A stretch of 64,000 bases of DNA, from assembly GCA_002633005.1 (NCBI GenBank), contig NMRA01000028.1:1139556-1203555 (forward strand). The letters run 5' to 3'. Shown one piece after another: positions 11,696-26,040 of this stretch. Under the pieces are notes generated by a model. It made no database searches. It was not told the DNA's origin and saw nothing but the letters and a program-made list of their open reading frames with translations. Source of the DNA: Phoronis australis (lineage: Eukaryota; Animalia; Phoronida). Numbering within the stretch: position 1 is the stretch's first letter; each line of letters starts with the position of its first letter. The translations under genes were made by a program, and so were the position numbers.

Positions 11696-12110
11696 AGGGT
11701 CGTCGTGGATTACACAGCGACATTCAAATCTCGCTGCATTTACCCACAATGCCACAAACATCCGTCAGGCACATTTGCTGCCTTGTTTTTGTGCCACTAG
11801 TGTCACATGATGCTTGTTTTTGTCTGATTCTTTATAGGCCTATAAGTTTTTTCGGTTGCATTACTCTATTCGTCCTTCCAATGCCAAAGAAGTATTATTT
11901 CTGTGCTGTGGGCTTCGGCAACTCCGACGTGAACAAGTTTGATCTCGAACTGGACAAATACCCGTGGATGCGTGATGTGAAATTCTTCGCCTTCCCCACA
12001 TCAATGAGAAACAACAAAAATGTGCCTGATTTACAAAACTAGTAGGTCACCCGCTTTCTCATCTCCAGGACAAAGAAGAGCTCTATGGCCGTGTAATCCA
12101 GGATGACCCT
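11696..12110 (+). mobile_element. Non-autonomous ISL2EU/Harbinger-related DNA transposon carrying a THAP remnant
   Basis: TIRs agggtcgtcgtggattacac.gc / gccgtgtaatccaggatgaccct, flanked by AT on both sides. Internal MPKKYYFCAVGFGNSD...VKFFAFP resembles a THAP N-terminus (second Cys lost). Confidence 0.7.
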
Positions 12111-12433
12111 ATAGTATTACAAGTGTCACCCAAAAATAAGATGTATCTTTCAATTCCGTATCAAACGCCCTCAGTTGGCGCGTAAGCTGACTGACATTGG
12201 ATCATACGTCATCACTGACCAGACAACAACGTCTTACTGGTTAAACAGAAATAGGACGGCACTTCACATGCTTAGGAAGTTTTCGAGTCAACTCTGATAA
12301 ATCCAAATGACTCGTCACGAGGTGGCGCTAAGCGCGTTCCATACGTTCATGTCACCAGCCGTAGATACGATAGAAGCTCGTTATTGAATTATCAGGGTCC
12401 GGGATCTTATTTTGTACTGAAAATCGAGCTCGA

Positions 12434-13576
12434 GGGCCCGTTCCAAGAAACTGACTTAAGTTCATTTTTATGAGGGGCGGAAAGGGCAAAAATTGTGAAA
12501 AAAGAAAACCAACCCTGTTTTGTAAATTCAACTCCATTTAATAAATTCAAAATATGATTAAATTCTATTTTGTAGATTTAATAGTGCTTAAAATCATTCA
12601 TGTTTTGTAAATTTGATTCTATGTAAAACAACCCTGTTTAGAAGCGAACTTATTCCGAGCGTGTTTTATAAAATCGACCCTGTTTTGTCAAACCTGTCGG
12701 CGATTCATAAAACTGACACTGTTACAAAAATCGATCGTGTTTTATAAATCGAGTCTGTTATGAAAGGCTGAGGCCCATAGCAGTAATAACGCCGCTCCTT
12801 CCAAGTTAGGCAGATCCAAAAGCCTTCGAGACAAATGCTCAAGCTTGTACATATTTCCATCATAGAAATCGTCTGCAATAATCTGTTCTTGAATTTTTTT
12901 AATCTCATTAACAACGAGCGCCAAGCTGAGCTCAGCCATTTTCAGTCACGTGATAAACTAGTATCACTTACCACCGACAGGATTTGCAAAATAGAATCTA
13001 CGAAACAGGATAATTCTCTTTTTAAAGACGATCGATTTTACACGCTCAGTCTACGAATATTGACTAATTATCCGTTACGAGACTGAATTAATGCGTGTAG
13101 CATGAACCTTAACAGAAGCATCTGACTAAATAAAACACTGAATCTTCTAAATAGGGTTATTTTATTGAGTTAAATTGAATTTTCGAATTAAGATGAGTTA
13201 TCAAACAGGATTGATTTTTATTTTAAATTGGGTCGAATTATTTTAATAGAATTGAATTTAAAGACATTTTTAATAAGATTGAATTTATTAAATAGGATTG
13301 AACTTACAAAACGTGCAGAGTTGATTTCCTTTTCCCCCAATTTTCGCCCTTTCTGCCCCTCATAAATTTTGGCTTACGTCTAAGATTTGTCTCAATTTCC
13401 AAACTTTGAAACTTCCACATCCGTTAAGTTAGTCTAGCTTAAGACAAAACCTAAGTGAAAAACCTAAGTGAAACTGCAGATCAATTTCTTCGAACAGACT
13501 TTAGACAACTTGAAGTTTTATCTTAAAAATGGCTATCATTTAAGATTTGCTTAGGTGAGCTCTTGAACGGTAACTC
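12434..13576. mobile_element. Outer Harbinger-like MITE interrupted by a nested element
   Basis: Imperfect TIRs gggcccgttccaagaaactgacttaag / cttaggtgagctcttgaacgg, with repeated cttaag/ctaag motifs at 13370-13560. Confidence 0.5.
12468..13365. mobile_element. Foldback-like MITE with long imperfect TIRs, nested in the previous element
   Basis: ttatgaggggcggaaagggcaaaaattg...aataaattcaa is mirrored by ttgaatttatt...caattttcgccctttctgcccctcataa. TSD is either TA or ATTT. Internal accctgtttt subrepeats. Confidence 0.8.
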
Positions 13577-16352
13577 AACTTATTTACATTTCGTACAATA
13601 TGTTAAAACATCACGTTGATCTCACTGACGTCATAGCCTAAATTGCTCAAGCTTTAACTGACCTTCGTCTGCGTCATGCAAGAATCTTCAATTAGTTCAA
13701 ACAGTTATGGACTACATCTGCTCACCTTGATGTTCCATTTAACAAGTCCTGCTACTAGCCGTATCTACAAACTAGTCCGGCAGATGAATAGAAACTATTG
13801 TTTCCAGTGGTCCTTTCCAGCCGTAGTTGTCTCACAATGACTCATGGTGGCGCAAAAAGACTACTCCTAGTGTCATTGACATGCCTGCATTTGAGCATTT
13901 AAAACGTACTTTCTTGCCAGGACTATTTAGATAGACCGGTCAATACGTTCAGAATAACAAAATATCCGTTCGCGGAAACCTTCAAAGCAGCTATACCCCC
14001 GTTCCGTCAAAGAAACTCTCGACACGGACTACTTGGAGTTATAAACTTGGTCTAAACTAACTCTGTACTCAGACGAGAAGTCGTTTGTGCCCCTGTAAAA
14101 CTTACAGTGTTATTTCTCGAGACCATTCTTGGCGAATAAAATGACACACCGTGACAAACCAGTAAGCGTATCCTGATTTTAAGCAGTAGGCCTATTTTGA
14201 CTAAGAAAGAATTTGAGACCAACTTCATAACAGCAAATCAAAGCTTAGTTTTCGTTACGGGACGACAGGCACTTTGACATTGACGCTTTCTTTTATCCCA
14301 CCCCCTTTTTGAAAGTCGACTAGTAAGCGAAGCTGGTTGCACGCATGTGTGCTATATTTATAACTGACATTTACTAGACAATAGCATGTTCAATGTCTAC
14401 AGTCACGCAGGTTTTTCAAGCAACACTGTTAAAATAAGACATTCAAATGCATAAAAAATTTACAAAATGACATTCGCTATTTTTGCGATATTGATCATTA
14501 TTTGATACAAAACGAAAAAAAATCAATTCTACTAATTTGCAATTAGAATTGAAAAACACCTCACACTTAGTCAAGCCAAGCTATTTGTACAAACTCGCTT
14601 TTATAAAGAATCCTAGATGGAATGTAGGATAAATACGAGACACGATGTTTATACCCGCGTGCTATCATGTCGAGAGTCATAATATGCTAAAGTATTTGAA
14701 CGAGGGCGAACATTTTACGTGTCATCACGCAATAACATAAAGCTCTACTTACCTTAGGGAGACTTACTTTGAAATGAACAAACGTTAAAGCAAAAAATAA
14801 CTCATTGTAACAACTATCTGGATACTCAGGGCGTTACTGTTTTACTCAAAACATTACCATACAGACGCCTGCAGCGTCTGCTTAAAAGGAAATTAACCCC
14901 AGTTTTGGTGAATTCAACCAATCCTCGTGCTGTCCCGTGCACCATTAACGTCCATTTGAGTTATAAAAGCTGGATTCAACAAACACATAGTGTGTCATAA
15001 AATGTATATTATTGTTCTTTGTGGATGGTCCTTCCTTACAGTTGATGTGTAACTCGACTAGTGCGTAGGCCACGCCTTCCCGTTTTAAAAGACTACTTGT
15101 TAGGAATTCTCCACTGTTGAGACGAGGGTTACAAATCATAGTTTTAGAGAGCTGAATAGGAAAGTCGTTGTTCTCATCTGTTACTTAGGCCAAAAGCGAG
15201 TTCAATATCCTTTTCACTTGTAACAATTCACAAATGGTGTTTTTAAGAACTACTACCTCGAGCTCTGTAAACATCTTCGTATTTGTTTGTTTTCCGTGAC
15301 CTGATATGAATCCATTACGCAACTGATTTCATCGATCCATAACGAGTCCAGAATTTGTTTTCTGCCACCGGCATACTAATTGCCTTTCTTTTAAACAAGG
15401 TTTCAAATTGAAATCTTTTCCCATTGAAAACCAGTAACTAGGCTATTAATATTACATGAGCGTTCACACGTGTGTTGGTAGTGCGATATGAGAGTTCGAT
15501 TGACGATATGCCTAAGCTCTCCTGGGGGCTTGGTAAACATACTTTATCATGGTGAAATTGCGCGTGCACATTCTGTTTCACAACTAGTAACTATTCCATT
15601 TTTAGGAATTAATGTTAAGTATTTAAACGGCGAATCCTGTGCTTTGTTAAACGTATGCATTTGTCGAAAAGTAATTCAACTGGCTGAAACAAGGTCAGAT
15701 AACATATTTAAGTTTCCATGGTTGTACAATGTCTAGGGATTGTTCTCGTCAAAAGATCACGGAAGATGGCACAAAATCACGAGAGTGAAAGGCGAGTGTT
15801 TTGCTAGTGTGGCCGAGAGTTTACTAGCGTAACTCAGCAAAATGCTTGAATTATGGGCCAGAATCAATTCATTATGAGATACAATTCATTGTTTCCGTTT
15901 CATAAGCGAAATTTTCTCATCGCAAGTTCAAGGCTAATGTCTTAGTCTAAGATGGCAGCCCATAAATGCATGCAAACGACTAACGATTAATTATTTAGAT
16001 TTTTAAAAACTACTTTATTCTACAGTCAGTTGTAGCGCCGTCGATACGCTTAAAAGTAACAAAACTTATCTCCCCATATGTCCTTGGGTGAAATGCCGAA
16101 ATGTCAGCAAATGTTAGTGGGACGAATATACGACAAATGTGGCTAAAATACTTCATTAGGATTCACAGAACAGTTTTCTCTTGGTTTTTGTTTAGCGGAA
16201 CACACACCTTTTCTTCACACTGTTGAAAATCGTACGCAAAGAATGAGCCATTTCACATCAAAAGCCCTACAAAAGCAAAAAAACTTTATTCTGTCTTGTA
16301 TTTGTGGTCTTTCAATCCAAAGGCGCAGAAACACAGAATTGTCATTTTTCAC

Positions 16353-16408
16353 CACACAACCACAACTTCATTGTTTAATTCACACAACCACAACTTCATT
16401 GTTTAATT
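16353..16408. repeat. Perfect 28-bp tandem duplication
   Basis: cacacaaccacaacttcattgtttaatt occurs twice in tandem. Confidence 0.9.
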
Positions 16409-18062
16409 GCGACAAAAGCCAACATTAGACTCTGAAAGCAAATTTCCTACAAATTCTAAAAATTTTGTTCAAAAGTGCTGTCAACCAAGTATTTTTTACA
16501 GTCTGTACACAGCAATGCACAAATGCAAGAGGGTTCGCCATCTTGAGGAAGAGGGTAACTATTGACGAGCAAGTGATCTTTTCTCATTCCCAATATCTTC
16601 GCAAATACAAAACAAAAACAGATTCACTGAGTCTACTATGCAAAGCCTACCTCAAAATCCCCCGAAACCTGGCCTACCCTAGAATTTAAGCTTTTGGTAC
16701 TGCAAATTGCTCCAGTTTAACTGTTCAATGCCACCTTATCGGAGGATTCCGACATTAATCGGCTAAAGACGAACGCAAATCCGATAGACGGCGTTCAGAA
16801 GAAGATATTTCGCTGTAGAAGAATGTAGTGCTGACACTAGTTGACCTCTTGTGTGTGGGGGGACATGATAATTGTACTTTAATCACAGTTAAATAATGAC
16901 TAACATTTTCGACAACTTTTGCCAATGAAGATAAAATGGTCGAGCGTGCAATAAGTAGTTTAAACCGTCTGTAGTTTGTTTTTATCTTGGTTTGAAATTG
17001 CCGATTTTTCGACCCCGAAAGCCGAGTGGCTTTACTAACAAGTCTGGTCANACAGTTATTATTATACAGTTGGTAGGAGTAAAAATACATGTCTTATGAA
17101 AGAAAAAAGCACACACTGTTCAATTTTTGATTTTATACTAATTTGCGATTGGCTGTGTCATGTTACCATGCCTTTGTATTGCAACTTGGAGAAAGATGAG
17201 TCACGTTCAAAACGAACGATATCGTTTTTGATAACTCAACTTTATATTTTTTTAGTAAAAATCACGATACAGAACATACATGAATGTATTAACAACTACA
17301 CGAAACCATTCTAACAGCCAATTCTGAGATGTGATGTTCCCCCCAAAGCGACCAAAAAGAAAATATCTCTCAAATATCGGCAAACGAAAAACTCGGTTAC
17401 ATTGGTGGTGATCGGGGAAACGGAGGGGGGGGGGGTGGAACCTAGCGGGAAAGTTGTTATATTGTTTTCCCATGCGACTAAATAACGGAACCCTCTTTCT
17501 ACGCAGAACAGAGCACATAGGCTTAATCTGATTACTGTCTTGCATTTTTATTTTCTTTGTGGCTTAAACTAAATTTCTTATCTGCGGAAAACTTAAAATG
17601 TATAATCAAGATGTAGATCAGGAATATGTTTGTTTTTTCCAAGTGTGTGGCCGATTTGACCTTTTTCTGAGTCGCGCTCATTTTCTGACACTCGGCAGAA
17701 ACTGCTTAATGGAGTAAATCATAGTAACCGGTTATAATTAATTTAAGACGTGCCAAAATTAGATTGCTGGAAATTTCTGTTTTGCTCCACACGACGATTC
17801 ATTACCTCCCGATGGAAACCTACATGATTACATTAACTCTGTTTGTAAATACGACCCCGGTGACCGCCAGAAAGCAACGTTTGAAAAATCCCTAATTAAC
17901 AAGATCGATAGTCGAACATCTAAGTTGAACAGGCTAATAGACAAATTTCACAGTTAATCAAGTGCCTTTCTTAATTCACGCTCTTCTGTGAATTACCATG
18001 TGTGGGAGCTTTGCTCGCGGGTGTTCACATTAACTCCAGTCACGGAAAATATGCAATCATGG

Positions 18063-18494
18063 TACGGGGTGCTAGTCTTCGTACTCGAAAAGGAACTCGA
18101 AATTATATTTTTTGGCGTTTTCTGTTCTACTTTTAGGCAAACTCAAATAAGTGACTGCTAGTCTCTGCTCAAGTACATTATGATTTATGCGTACGAGTTT
18201 CTAGTCCAAATTCACACTAGATGACCCTTATATTCGAGCAACAACCTCGAGCAAAAACTTAACATTTCGCGTAAAAACTGTTGTTCAAACTTGAAAATTT
18301 AGTGTTAATGGTAGGGGCATCGAGAGCAAACTAGGATTAAAGAGTTATCTACGTATTCCATTATTACTTCTGTTTATGCAAATAAACTTATTTACAGCAC
18401 AAAAAATATTTACGTAATCTATTATGTGCTCGAGCATAGAATATGCCAAAAACAATTTCGAGTTTGATTTCCAATGAAAACATTAGACCCTGGA
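18063..18494. mobile_element. ~400-bp TIR MITE, copy A (inverted copy at 29029-29409)
   Basis: Terminal cgggg.../...gaccctgga and subterminal gaactcgaaatt/aatttcgagt IRs. Internal ctagatgaccc and ctcgagcaaaaact match the reverse complement of copy B. Confidence 0.75.
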
Positions 18495-18629
18495 TCCTAT
18501 TTACCAGGTTTGGAATGGTGAAATATATAATTAAATGAGGGAATACATAACAGGGAAGGTATGTGGAACGAACATTTCCTTTTACATTTCAAAACTGCAA
18601 TAGTAATAGCCAAAGCAAAGAACAGAGTT

Positions 18630-19090
18630 TCAGTTCAATACAATAAGTACAGTACTGTTCAATACTCTATCGTTAAGTGCCGTAGTGTTCAGCTCTGTAG
18701 CTACAAGGTAGCACAGCTACACAATAATATTTAGTTCCACAAAATAGGAACAACTAGTACAGTACGGCAGGCCAACGTTGAGTGACATGTAGTAAAGTGC
18801 GTTGTTCAACGTGCAGTCCAGTGCGGTGGAGGGCGGTGCAAGGCGGTGCAATGCTGTAGAGTACAATGCATACTGTGCAGTGCAGAGTATTACAATGGGT
18901 AGAGTACCGTGCAGTGTATTACATACATTCATTACAATTCAATACCGTACAACAGAGTACCGTACAATGAAGCGCAGTGCACTACAGTGCGTGCAGTGCA
19001 GTGTTGTTAAGTTATATACAGTGCAGTACAGTGCTGTCGTATGTATAGAAGTGCTGTGCGCTGCAGCGCAGGCCAGTAAAGTACTGCAAC
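18630..19090. repeat. Degenerate pentamer satellite (CAGTA/CAGTG/TACAG-like)
   Basis: Long run of gtaca/gtgca/cagtg units. The overlapping ORFs are compositional artefacts. Confidence 0.8.
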
Positions 19091-22000
19091 AAACAGACCG
19101 GCACATTTCATCTCTTTGTAACGTGAAATCCGTAGCAAGATATCATTTGTCATTAACAAACGCACATTTTTATTGAAAATTGATAAAAACAACTTCCATA
19201 TGAAGCAAAGTTTGGTTTTAGTGTGGAAGAGCGATTCATTTGTTGAGTTTACAAGTCAGGAAGCTGAATCTGTAATATATTGATATCATTGATGAGACTG
19301 CGTTTACCTATTGATGTTGCGTAAAATTGAGCGATGGCTTGTGAAGATCTGTTGAATAATATTTGAGCCACTGACATCAAGGATCAACTGAATCTCCTTC
19401 AATACAAGTATAACTCCAACAAGTTACAAAACACGTGTACGAAAACTACAGTTTGGGAAGGAGTGCTGCGTGCACCTGGAAGTTGGAACCATCGTTATTT
19501 ACATCTCAGCGCAACCATGATTTATTTACTCACTTTTTTCAAAATGTAATAAAAGATACCGAGATTGAAGTGAAAAGTAGACAACATTTATTAAGTTCGT
19601 GAACGATGTACTCAGTATAAATTAAACGACGGTATCAAAATGCTCATTTTCATTTCTTTGGGACTTGTCGCTTACCATTTCTTTGTGATCCACTGTGTTT
19701 TTTGTACGTAAATGTTGACTTTGGTACAATTCAAACGCCTGTATATCGTAATGAAATGAATATCAAATGTGTCTTGGGTGGCCGATTGTTTCAAAAACAC
19801 TTTGCATTGAGGCTACAATGGCACTTTGGAGATTGCACAGGGTAAACGATATCTTATCTAACACACCATTGATACATGCTACAACGACCAATTCCTCTTA
19901 TTTGTAATGTGAAAAACTTCGATTGTCCATTTTTCTCAGAACTCCTTGCATCCAAACAATATAGGCTATGTTTACTTTATTGACTTTTGCAAACTGCAGA
20001 ACCATGTAAACTAGATAACGTCTCCGAATACATGCCGCGGAGATGGATTTTTTAACCTCCTACTGCGACAGGATACCTCAGCATGGAGCCGCAAAGCGTT
20101 AAGATTCATTGGTGTCTTGGGCTTATCGTTCACATTTATCCGCTGTTATTGTGAGTTTTAAATTAACAGGTCCAGAGTGATCGATACGAACTGTTATTTT
20201 CAATGAGTGCAGTTTGTCAGCGTTCGTCTTGCGCGTCACGGAAGTCTACTCTGACGGTGGCACAGTCCTGTGCAGAGGACGGCGGACAACACTGGGCCTT
20301 TCTTTTACTGACGTTCACTGTGGCTATACACGATCTTTTTAATACTCGCTTACTAATTAATTAATGAAAAGCCCTGATATCGATTACCTTTAATTAGGTA
20401 GAACGATTTTTACACCGGTAATATGTTCACTTTGTGGAATATCAAGACGCCCGTGTAGTAACTCATACATGAACACGTAGGTAAGCCAGGTTTGCAAACA
20501 CGCCGGGGCTGCAGAACTTGAAAGTTCAGGTGGAAGATGTCGAAAACATTTGTTCGGTGAAACACATCGCACCATCTTGAAACCAGATTGGCAGACTTTT
20601 ATAGGTACGTTGATTACTTTAATTTGATATCTTAATACGCCTTAAGTGATTCATTAACTGTCTGATACAAAATAGCTTTAGCTACCGTTGCACAATTTGC
20701 TCACGAGTGTTTATGCATTGAGTGCTTCAGAAATTGTTCATTCAGAAAATAAATACAATGTTCTTTGCTATAGCGTTCTTAAATATAAAGGTCGTTGAAC
20801 TTACACAGATGAATTTTTGGTCTTACCAAAATATTAGAAATTTAGATTATTCATAAGCGACATGTAACAGTAGAGTTTTGGAAATCTCAGGGATCCCTGG
20901 TTTCCTTGAAGGCGATATCAAAATGAAATAGTAAAGAGCAAGTATTTTTTTTAAGTCATTATCATAAAATAGTTACTACGGAACCATTTTATTGAAAGGT
21001 TTCAAACATCTGTCTCTCGGTGTAGGCAGGACTCCATCATATATTATATCGGCCTATTGTGCATTGAAAATGGATTATTCGTAGGATTTGTACGTTCTAA
21101 TCACTGCAAATCTCGAGTCTAGTTCGATATTGAAATCAGACAGGTCTTGCATTTATTGTGCAATGGGCACTGCTTTCGGATTGAATATTTTAACGACATT
21201 TCATGACTCACTTCAGTGGAATAAAATGCTCGTATTTATAAAACAGAATCTTTCAAAGAGTGAATACAGTAAACGTGTTGATGTAATATCGTGAAGCTGA
21301 CGAACCGTTTTTATCGTTGCTAAATAATGCCAACTTTGTAATAGATAACGAGACTTGTATACATCTCTTGTCAATGTTTGTGAACCTAAACACACTGTTT
21401 TGTTGTGTATCGATTGATGCTGTAACAAGGATCCATGTTGTTTTCTTCTGCTTCAGTACGTGGAGGTCGAAATAACTGTGAGGGAATGGGAGATGTGCCT
21501 TTTTAAAGAAATCATGCCAAATTCAGTCTAAGAATTTAATTTTGTTACGATCAAATGAAAAATGTTTAAACATAAAATATGCTATAGTTGGGGTATTTGC
21601 CATGAGAGCACATCCAGACGTTAGACACACTGGTATATTGTACTCCACGTCTTAATACTTTGGTTAATTTGGTCAAATTCGCATCACCTTGATTTTGACT
21701 AACAGTTAGCTTGCTCTTCAACGGATCAATAAACCTTGTTATTTCTGAAACCGTAAGTTTAATCAGTTGACTTTAACTATATCACCACGATGAAAAATCA
21801 AATCTGAAGCAACAACACAAGATGGTGTAAAATAGATCACATTCTCCGTTCATTCATCATCTTTTGATTAAGAACGTGCAAACTTTGCATGTTATAATTT
21901 TCCCATTTTAACTCTACATTTACGTTAGTGACCATAAATAAAAGACTATCAAACAACGTTATCTATATCTTGAAATGGTGTTATTTCAGGCTTCATTTGG

Positions 22001-23199
22001 CAGAACGAATAATTGCAATGTGACATGCTCATTTCAAATATTTCAATGTCTACGCCCAAGTTTCTGCCCTTCTGTAATAAGAGGAAAATGGGACTGCTGT
22101 ACTTTTCGTCGTGCAATTATTTAGTTTTTACGTTGCATTGCCTCCTTACGAAATCCCCTGGGCTGAGGTAATCCATTGTGAGTGAAAAGTTCAGTGGATT
22201 CCAGTTGATCATGGATCCACGAGACCCAGTGGAAACATTCTCCGGAAGAGTTAATAGGCCGAAGCCGATTTTCCCTTCATTGGTTTTCAAGGTTTCTAAA
22301 CTACACGTCTAACGGATTGCAAAACACCGTGTCGGTAGCAAAAAGCACGACCAAGGTATCTGCAAACACCGTTCATATAGTATCGGACTCATAAAACACG
22401 ACTCATTCACCCCCCCAAAAAATAAGAAACACGGGTACGGACTCACATTTACTTAGAAACACGACACACGGACTGTCAAACACGGTTCACTTCATGGCGA
22501 ATTTACGTTCACCCCGTACTCATCAACTTCCCGAGTAAGTAGCACAAACTAATGTCTATTACTACGCACTAAGGGAATTTATCAACCTTCATGTATTTGG
22601 CAACACCTTTGCCTAAAATGTCATTTTAGTGCAGTAATACAATTTGAGCTAAACTTTCACAAGAGACACAAATTTTATGCCATGCTTTAAGCCATTTCAA
22701 AATAATGATCTTTTTTCACTGAGCATTAACTTAATGGTAAACAGGTCACAAACATCAACATGGCGAGCATCGATCTGACACCACCGAGTCCTTTACGCAG
22801 GAGTTATATTCTACTTTACAAAAAAGATATTGGACGCCAATACACTTTAGAACAAACAAGCATTTTAAATAATGTTTAAGGTTTCTAATTCACAACAATT
22901 ACATCACACCATAGACACAAGTATGATCAAAATTATATTTAATCTCGCATCTATTAGACTTACACAGCTGTCGAGCCCGATTCTACATTTTATCCGTTAG
23001 CCGTGTAGCTTAGGTAACCCGGTTTTTGCACTGCTCGACCACACAAATACGTCATACCATCCTCCTCCACAGGGTGGCGCTCACATAACAACGTGAGCGC
23101 GAGGCCCATCGAGGATGACTTGACACTGACTTTCAACATTCCCTCGATTCCTAACATAGGCTTCCGGTAAAAGTTAACTAAAATCGAGACGACAACTTC

Positions 23200-23410
23200 T
23201 TGTCTCGTTATTGGGCGCTACGAAAATGGACGACGCGAGCGGCGTGTAGTGCTGATCAAAAACGGCGCGAAAAAGAGCGGAAGCGCTTTAGGAGTAACCT
23301 CTCTAAAATAAGCACTTGGAACGAAATGGAGCGCTTGACTGCCACCCGAGATGAGTTTGGGGACGTCGAGGTCCATTGGCGAACCCGTTTTTTTTTTCGA
23401 AAGTGAAAGC
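23200..23410 (+). mobile_element. Possible DNA-transposon (Kolobok-like) ORF 5' remnant
   Basis: KRREKERKR...SKISTWNEMERLTATRDEFGDVEV resembles the basic helix plus IG..RW..L....G..D.EVA motif I recall from N-termini of such transposon proteins. No TIRs located. Confidence 0.3.
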
Positions 23411-25484
23411 AAAGAAAGAAAGATGCATTCACGTAAGAAAATCGAAGTATTTTCGCTGAAAAAGCTCCGAAAAACTGTACTTCTTTTCAGATTTACACAT
23501 ACTTCACTGTCACCGATTATGTGACTCATTATATCAACAAAAAGTCTTTTTGATCAAGTAAAAAGGAAAAAATCGCCTGAGTTACTTCGGTGTTACTTCG
23601 CCTGATTTACTCCGGTGGTCCGTAGAAAAACATTGATTTGTCGTGCTAGATGGCATTGGGAAAATTGTGCCACTCAATATTTTCGCACCAAAACCCTCCT
23701 TACTTTGTACAAAGAATACTCGGTGAACAAAAATGAAAAGATATACTAATTGACATTGGTATCTGCACAATTGGCCATAAATGGCATTAACTAGTAGTCT
23801 TATGTTTTAACCCGACAGTTACCAAGTAACGGCGATCTATAGCTCTCAACATTTTCTTGTGATCACAGTGTCTGATCTGTAACATTCAATCTCAGTAAAT
23901 AGTTAATAAAGACATAGAAACTCAACAAAGACTGACATTTGAGTAGGCCGTTTACACTGATGGTAAATTTCTCATGGAGAGAAACCTAACCGCGTGTAGG
24001 GCGGAAAAATAGCTCCAGTAAGATGAAACAAATGAGTAATACCAACTTGTGTAGCGGAAAGCAGTGTATGCTTTGCCGTCTCCTAAGGTGGAATCAGATA
24101 AAAATTTAACAAATCAGATCCTTATAAACGGAAATGTTCTGTTAATTGGTATTAAATCAACGGAAATGGGTGAAATGTACTATTCTGCTTATAAGTACAT
24201 CATGTGATATGAAATGGAAACAATGTCTTTCAAGGTTATGTAGGACCTTATTGAGAAGTTGGTGCATTTAGGATTTCAATAAAAGTATATATTTTCTGAA
24301 AGTAGAAAGTCTGCAGAATTTGACCTTTGACTTTCTACCAATCTGTTATTAATGGGGTCGCGTGAACATATCTTTTTAGTAAATTTAGCAAAACAGATAG
24401 GCCTATTGATAACATGATATACATGTAAGTATTCAAAGTGCTATATCAAAAACGCTGTTACAGTTTTCGAAAATGTCGCTTGATTTTTGTTTATGCAATT
24501 TTAAACAGTTTTTATGAAATTTATTAAAAGTCCTATTTTTGATGCCCCCTATGCACAAGTAGAACGTTTAAAAAACAATTCCTAACAGGGTTTCTGAGAA
24601 TTGTGCATAAACCGTATTATTTGAAAGTTTCAAATGAACGCGACCAGCCATTTCTGAGAATACGATGTTCCGAAGTCAACCAAATCTGGCCTATGATTTT
24701 TCTAGGGCTTTACATAACTTTCAGGAGTGCTTTTTGATTACCTTGCGATCTTTTTTACTTCTAGATAACGTAATGCTATGTAACGTCTCTCGGGTCAGAA
24801 GTGATCGCGGTCATTAAAATTCACACTGAGCCCATGACTACATTGCTGGGACATTATGAATTCCAAGTTTTGCTAAAGAACTTTCGAAGAGTGTAATATT
24901 TACCCGATAGGCGTTCTAAATCAAAAGTAGGTTTTTGGGATGGGAGGTGGGTTTATGGCCGAGTTGAGAGTCCAAGGTCGGATGATTGAATAAAGTGCCA
25001 ATTATGGCCTTTTTGTTATGGGCATTTATTTAGCTATTTAAAATGCTTTTTGGAAGAATGACGCCCATGTAAATGTAAATGTGACGCAAAAATACATCTG
25101 GGGTTAGCTGGAGCTCCTTGATCACAGGGTTTGCTTGAACGTTCACACGATCGAATGTTGTGCATCTTTAAGGTGAACGCCGGTGAGCAACTTGGTGCAG
25201 TCGACAATTCACAAGATAAAACATACAGAAGAAGCCACGGGCAATTGGACAGCAATTACATTAATACTGGCTCTGGTTTATAGACAAACAGAGAGTGAGA
25301 TCCGCGCCGTGTAAACCAGGCAGCTGAGGACTAGGCTATACAGTTGAGCTAGTTCGATTACTAATAAGCCAAACAGTCCGGTGCCTCAATAGCAAGTCGC
25401 CGTCAATATTTACTCGTCCGACTTGTATGCACCGAGTAAATATATGGAATCGTACAAAGACAGGGCTTCCATGCATACACATAA

Positions 25485-25680
25485 CTCATCTTCGTCATCA
25501 ACATCATCGTCATCATTATCACCATCGCCATCAACCTCATCGTCATCTTGTTAATCGTGATTATCATCATCATGATCACCATATACAATTACCATCGTCG
25601 TCATCGTAATCACCATCGCTGTCCCGATCAACACCTGTCCCCATTGTGGTCGTCATGCACGTCGTCATGGTCACTGTCGC
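25485..25680. repeat. (CAT/CGT)n degenerate trinucleotide repeat
   Basis: catcttcgtcatcaacatcatcgtcatcattatcaccatc... is seen directly. Confidence 0.85.
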
Positions 25681-25859
25681 AAGTGTGTTCATAATTTAAC
25701 TTTTAATAGTTATTGAATGATACCTGCACTGCCAAAAACTGTTGCCATACGAGGTTAGCCATCTAAAAACGACGTTTTAGGTATCCACACCATTTGAATG
25801 TACCCAAGGACAAGTTATACGGCCAGTTGAAGTCTAGGATAGGATGCCAGGCATTCTCA

Positions 25860-26040
25860 ACGTCCACCACCACCTCTTCCCTTCTCTCCCGCGGTCTTCA
25901 CGGCCTCCCCGACCTTCTCCTAACACGACCTCTACCTTCCAGGGGCTCCCCATCCCCCCTGCCAATGCCTCCCTCAGGCTTCCACCTTCCCCTTCCCCTC
26001 TACCGCTCCACCGCCCCCTTCCTTACTTCACTTCCCCTTT
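25860..26040. repeat. C/T-rich low-complexity tract
   Basis: Strong pyrimidine (C) skew on the plus strand, with no splice-bounded exon evident. Confidence 0.6.

Noticed and set aside
20390-20575. MYELLHGRLDIP, resembling a LINE ORF2 C-terminal motif
   Set aside because: A single short motif is not enough for a call.
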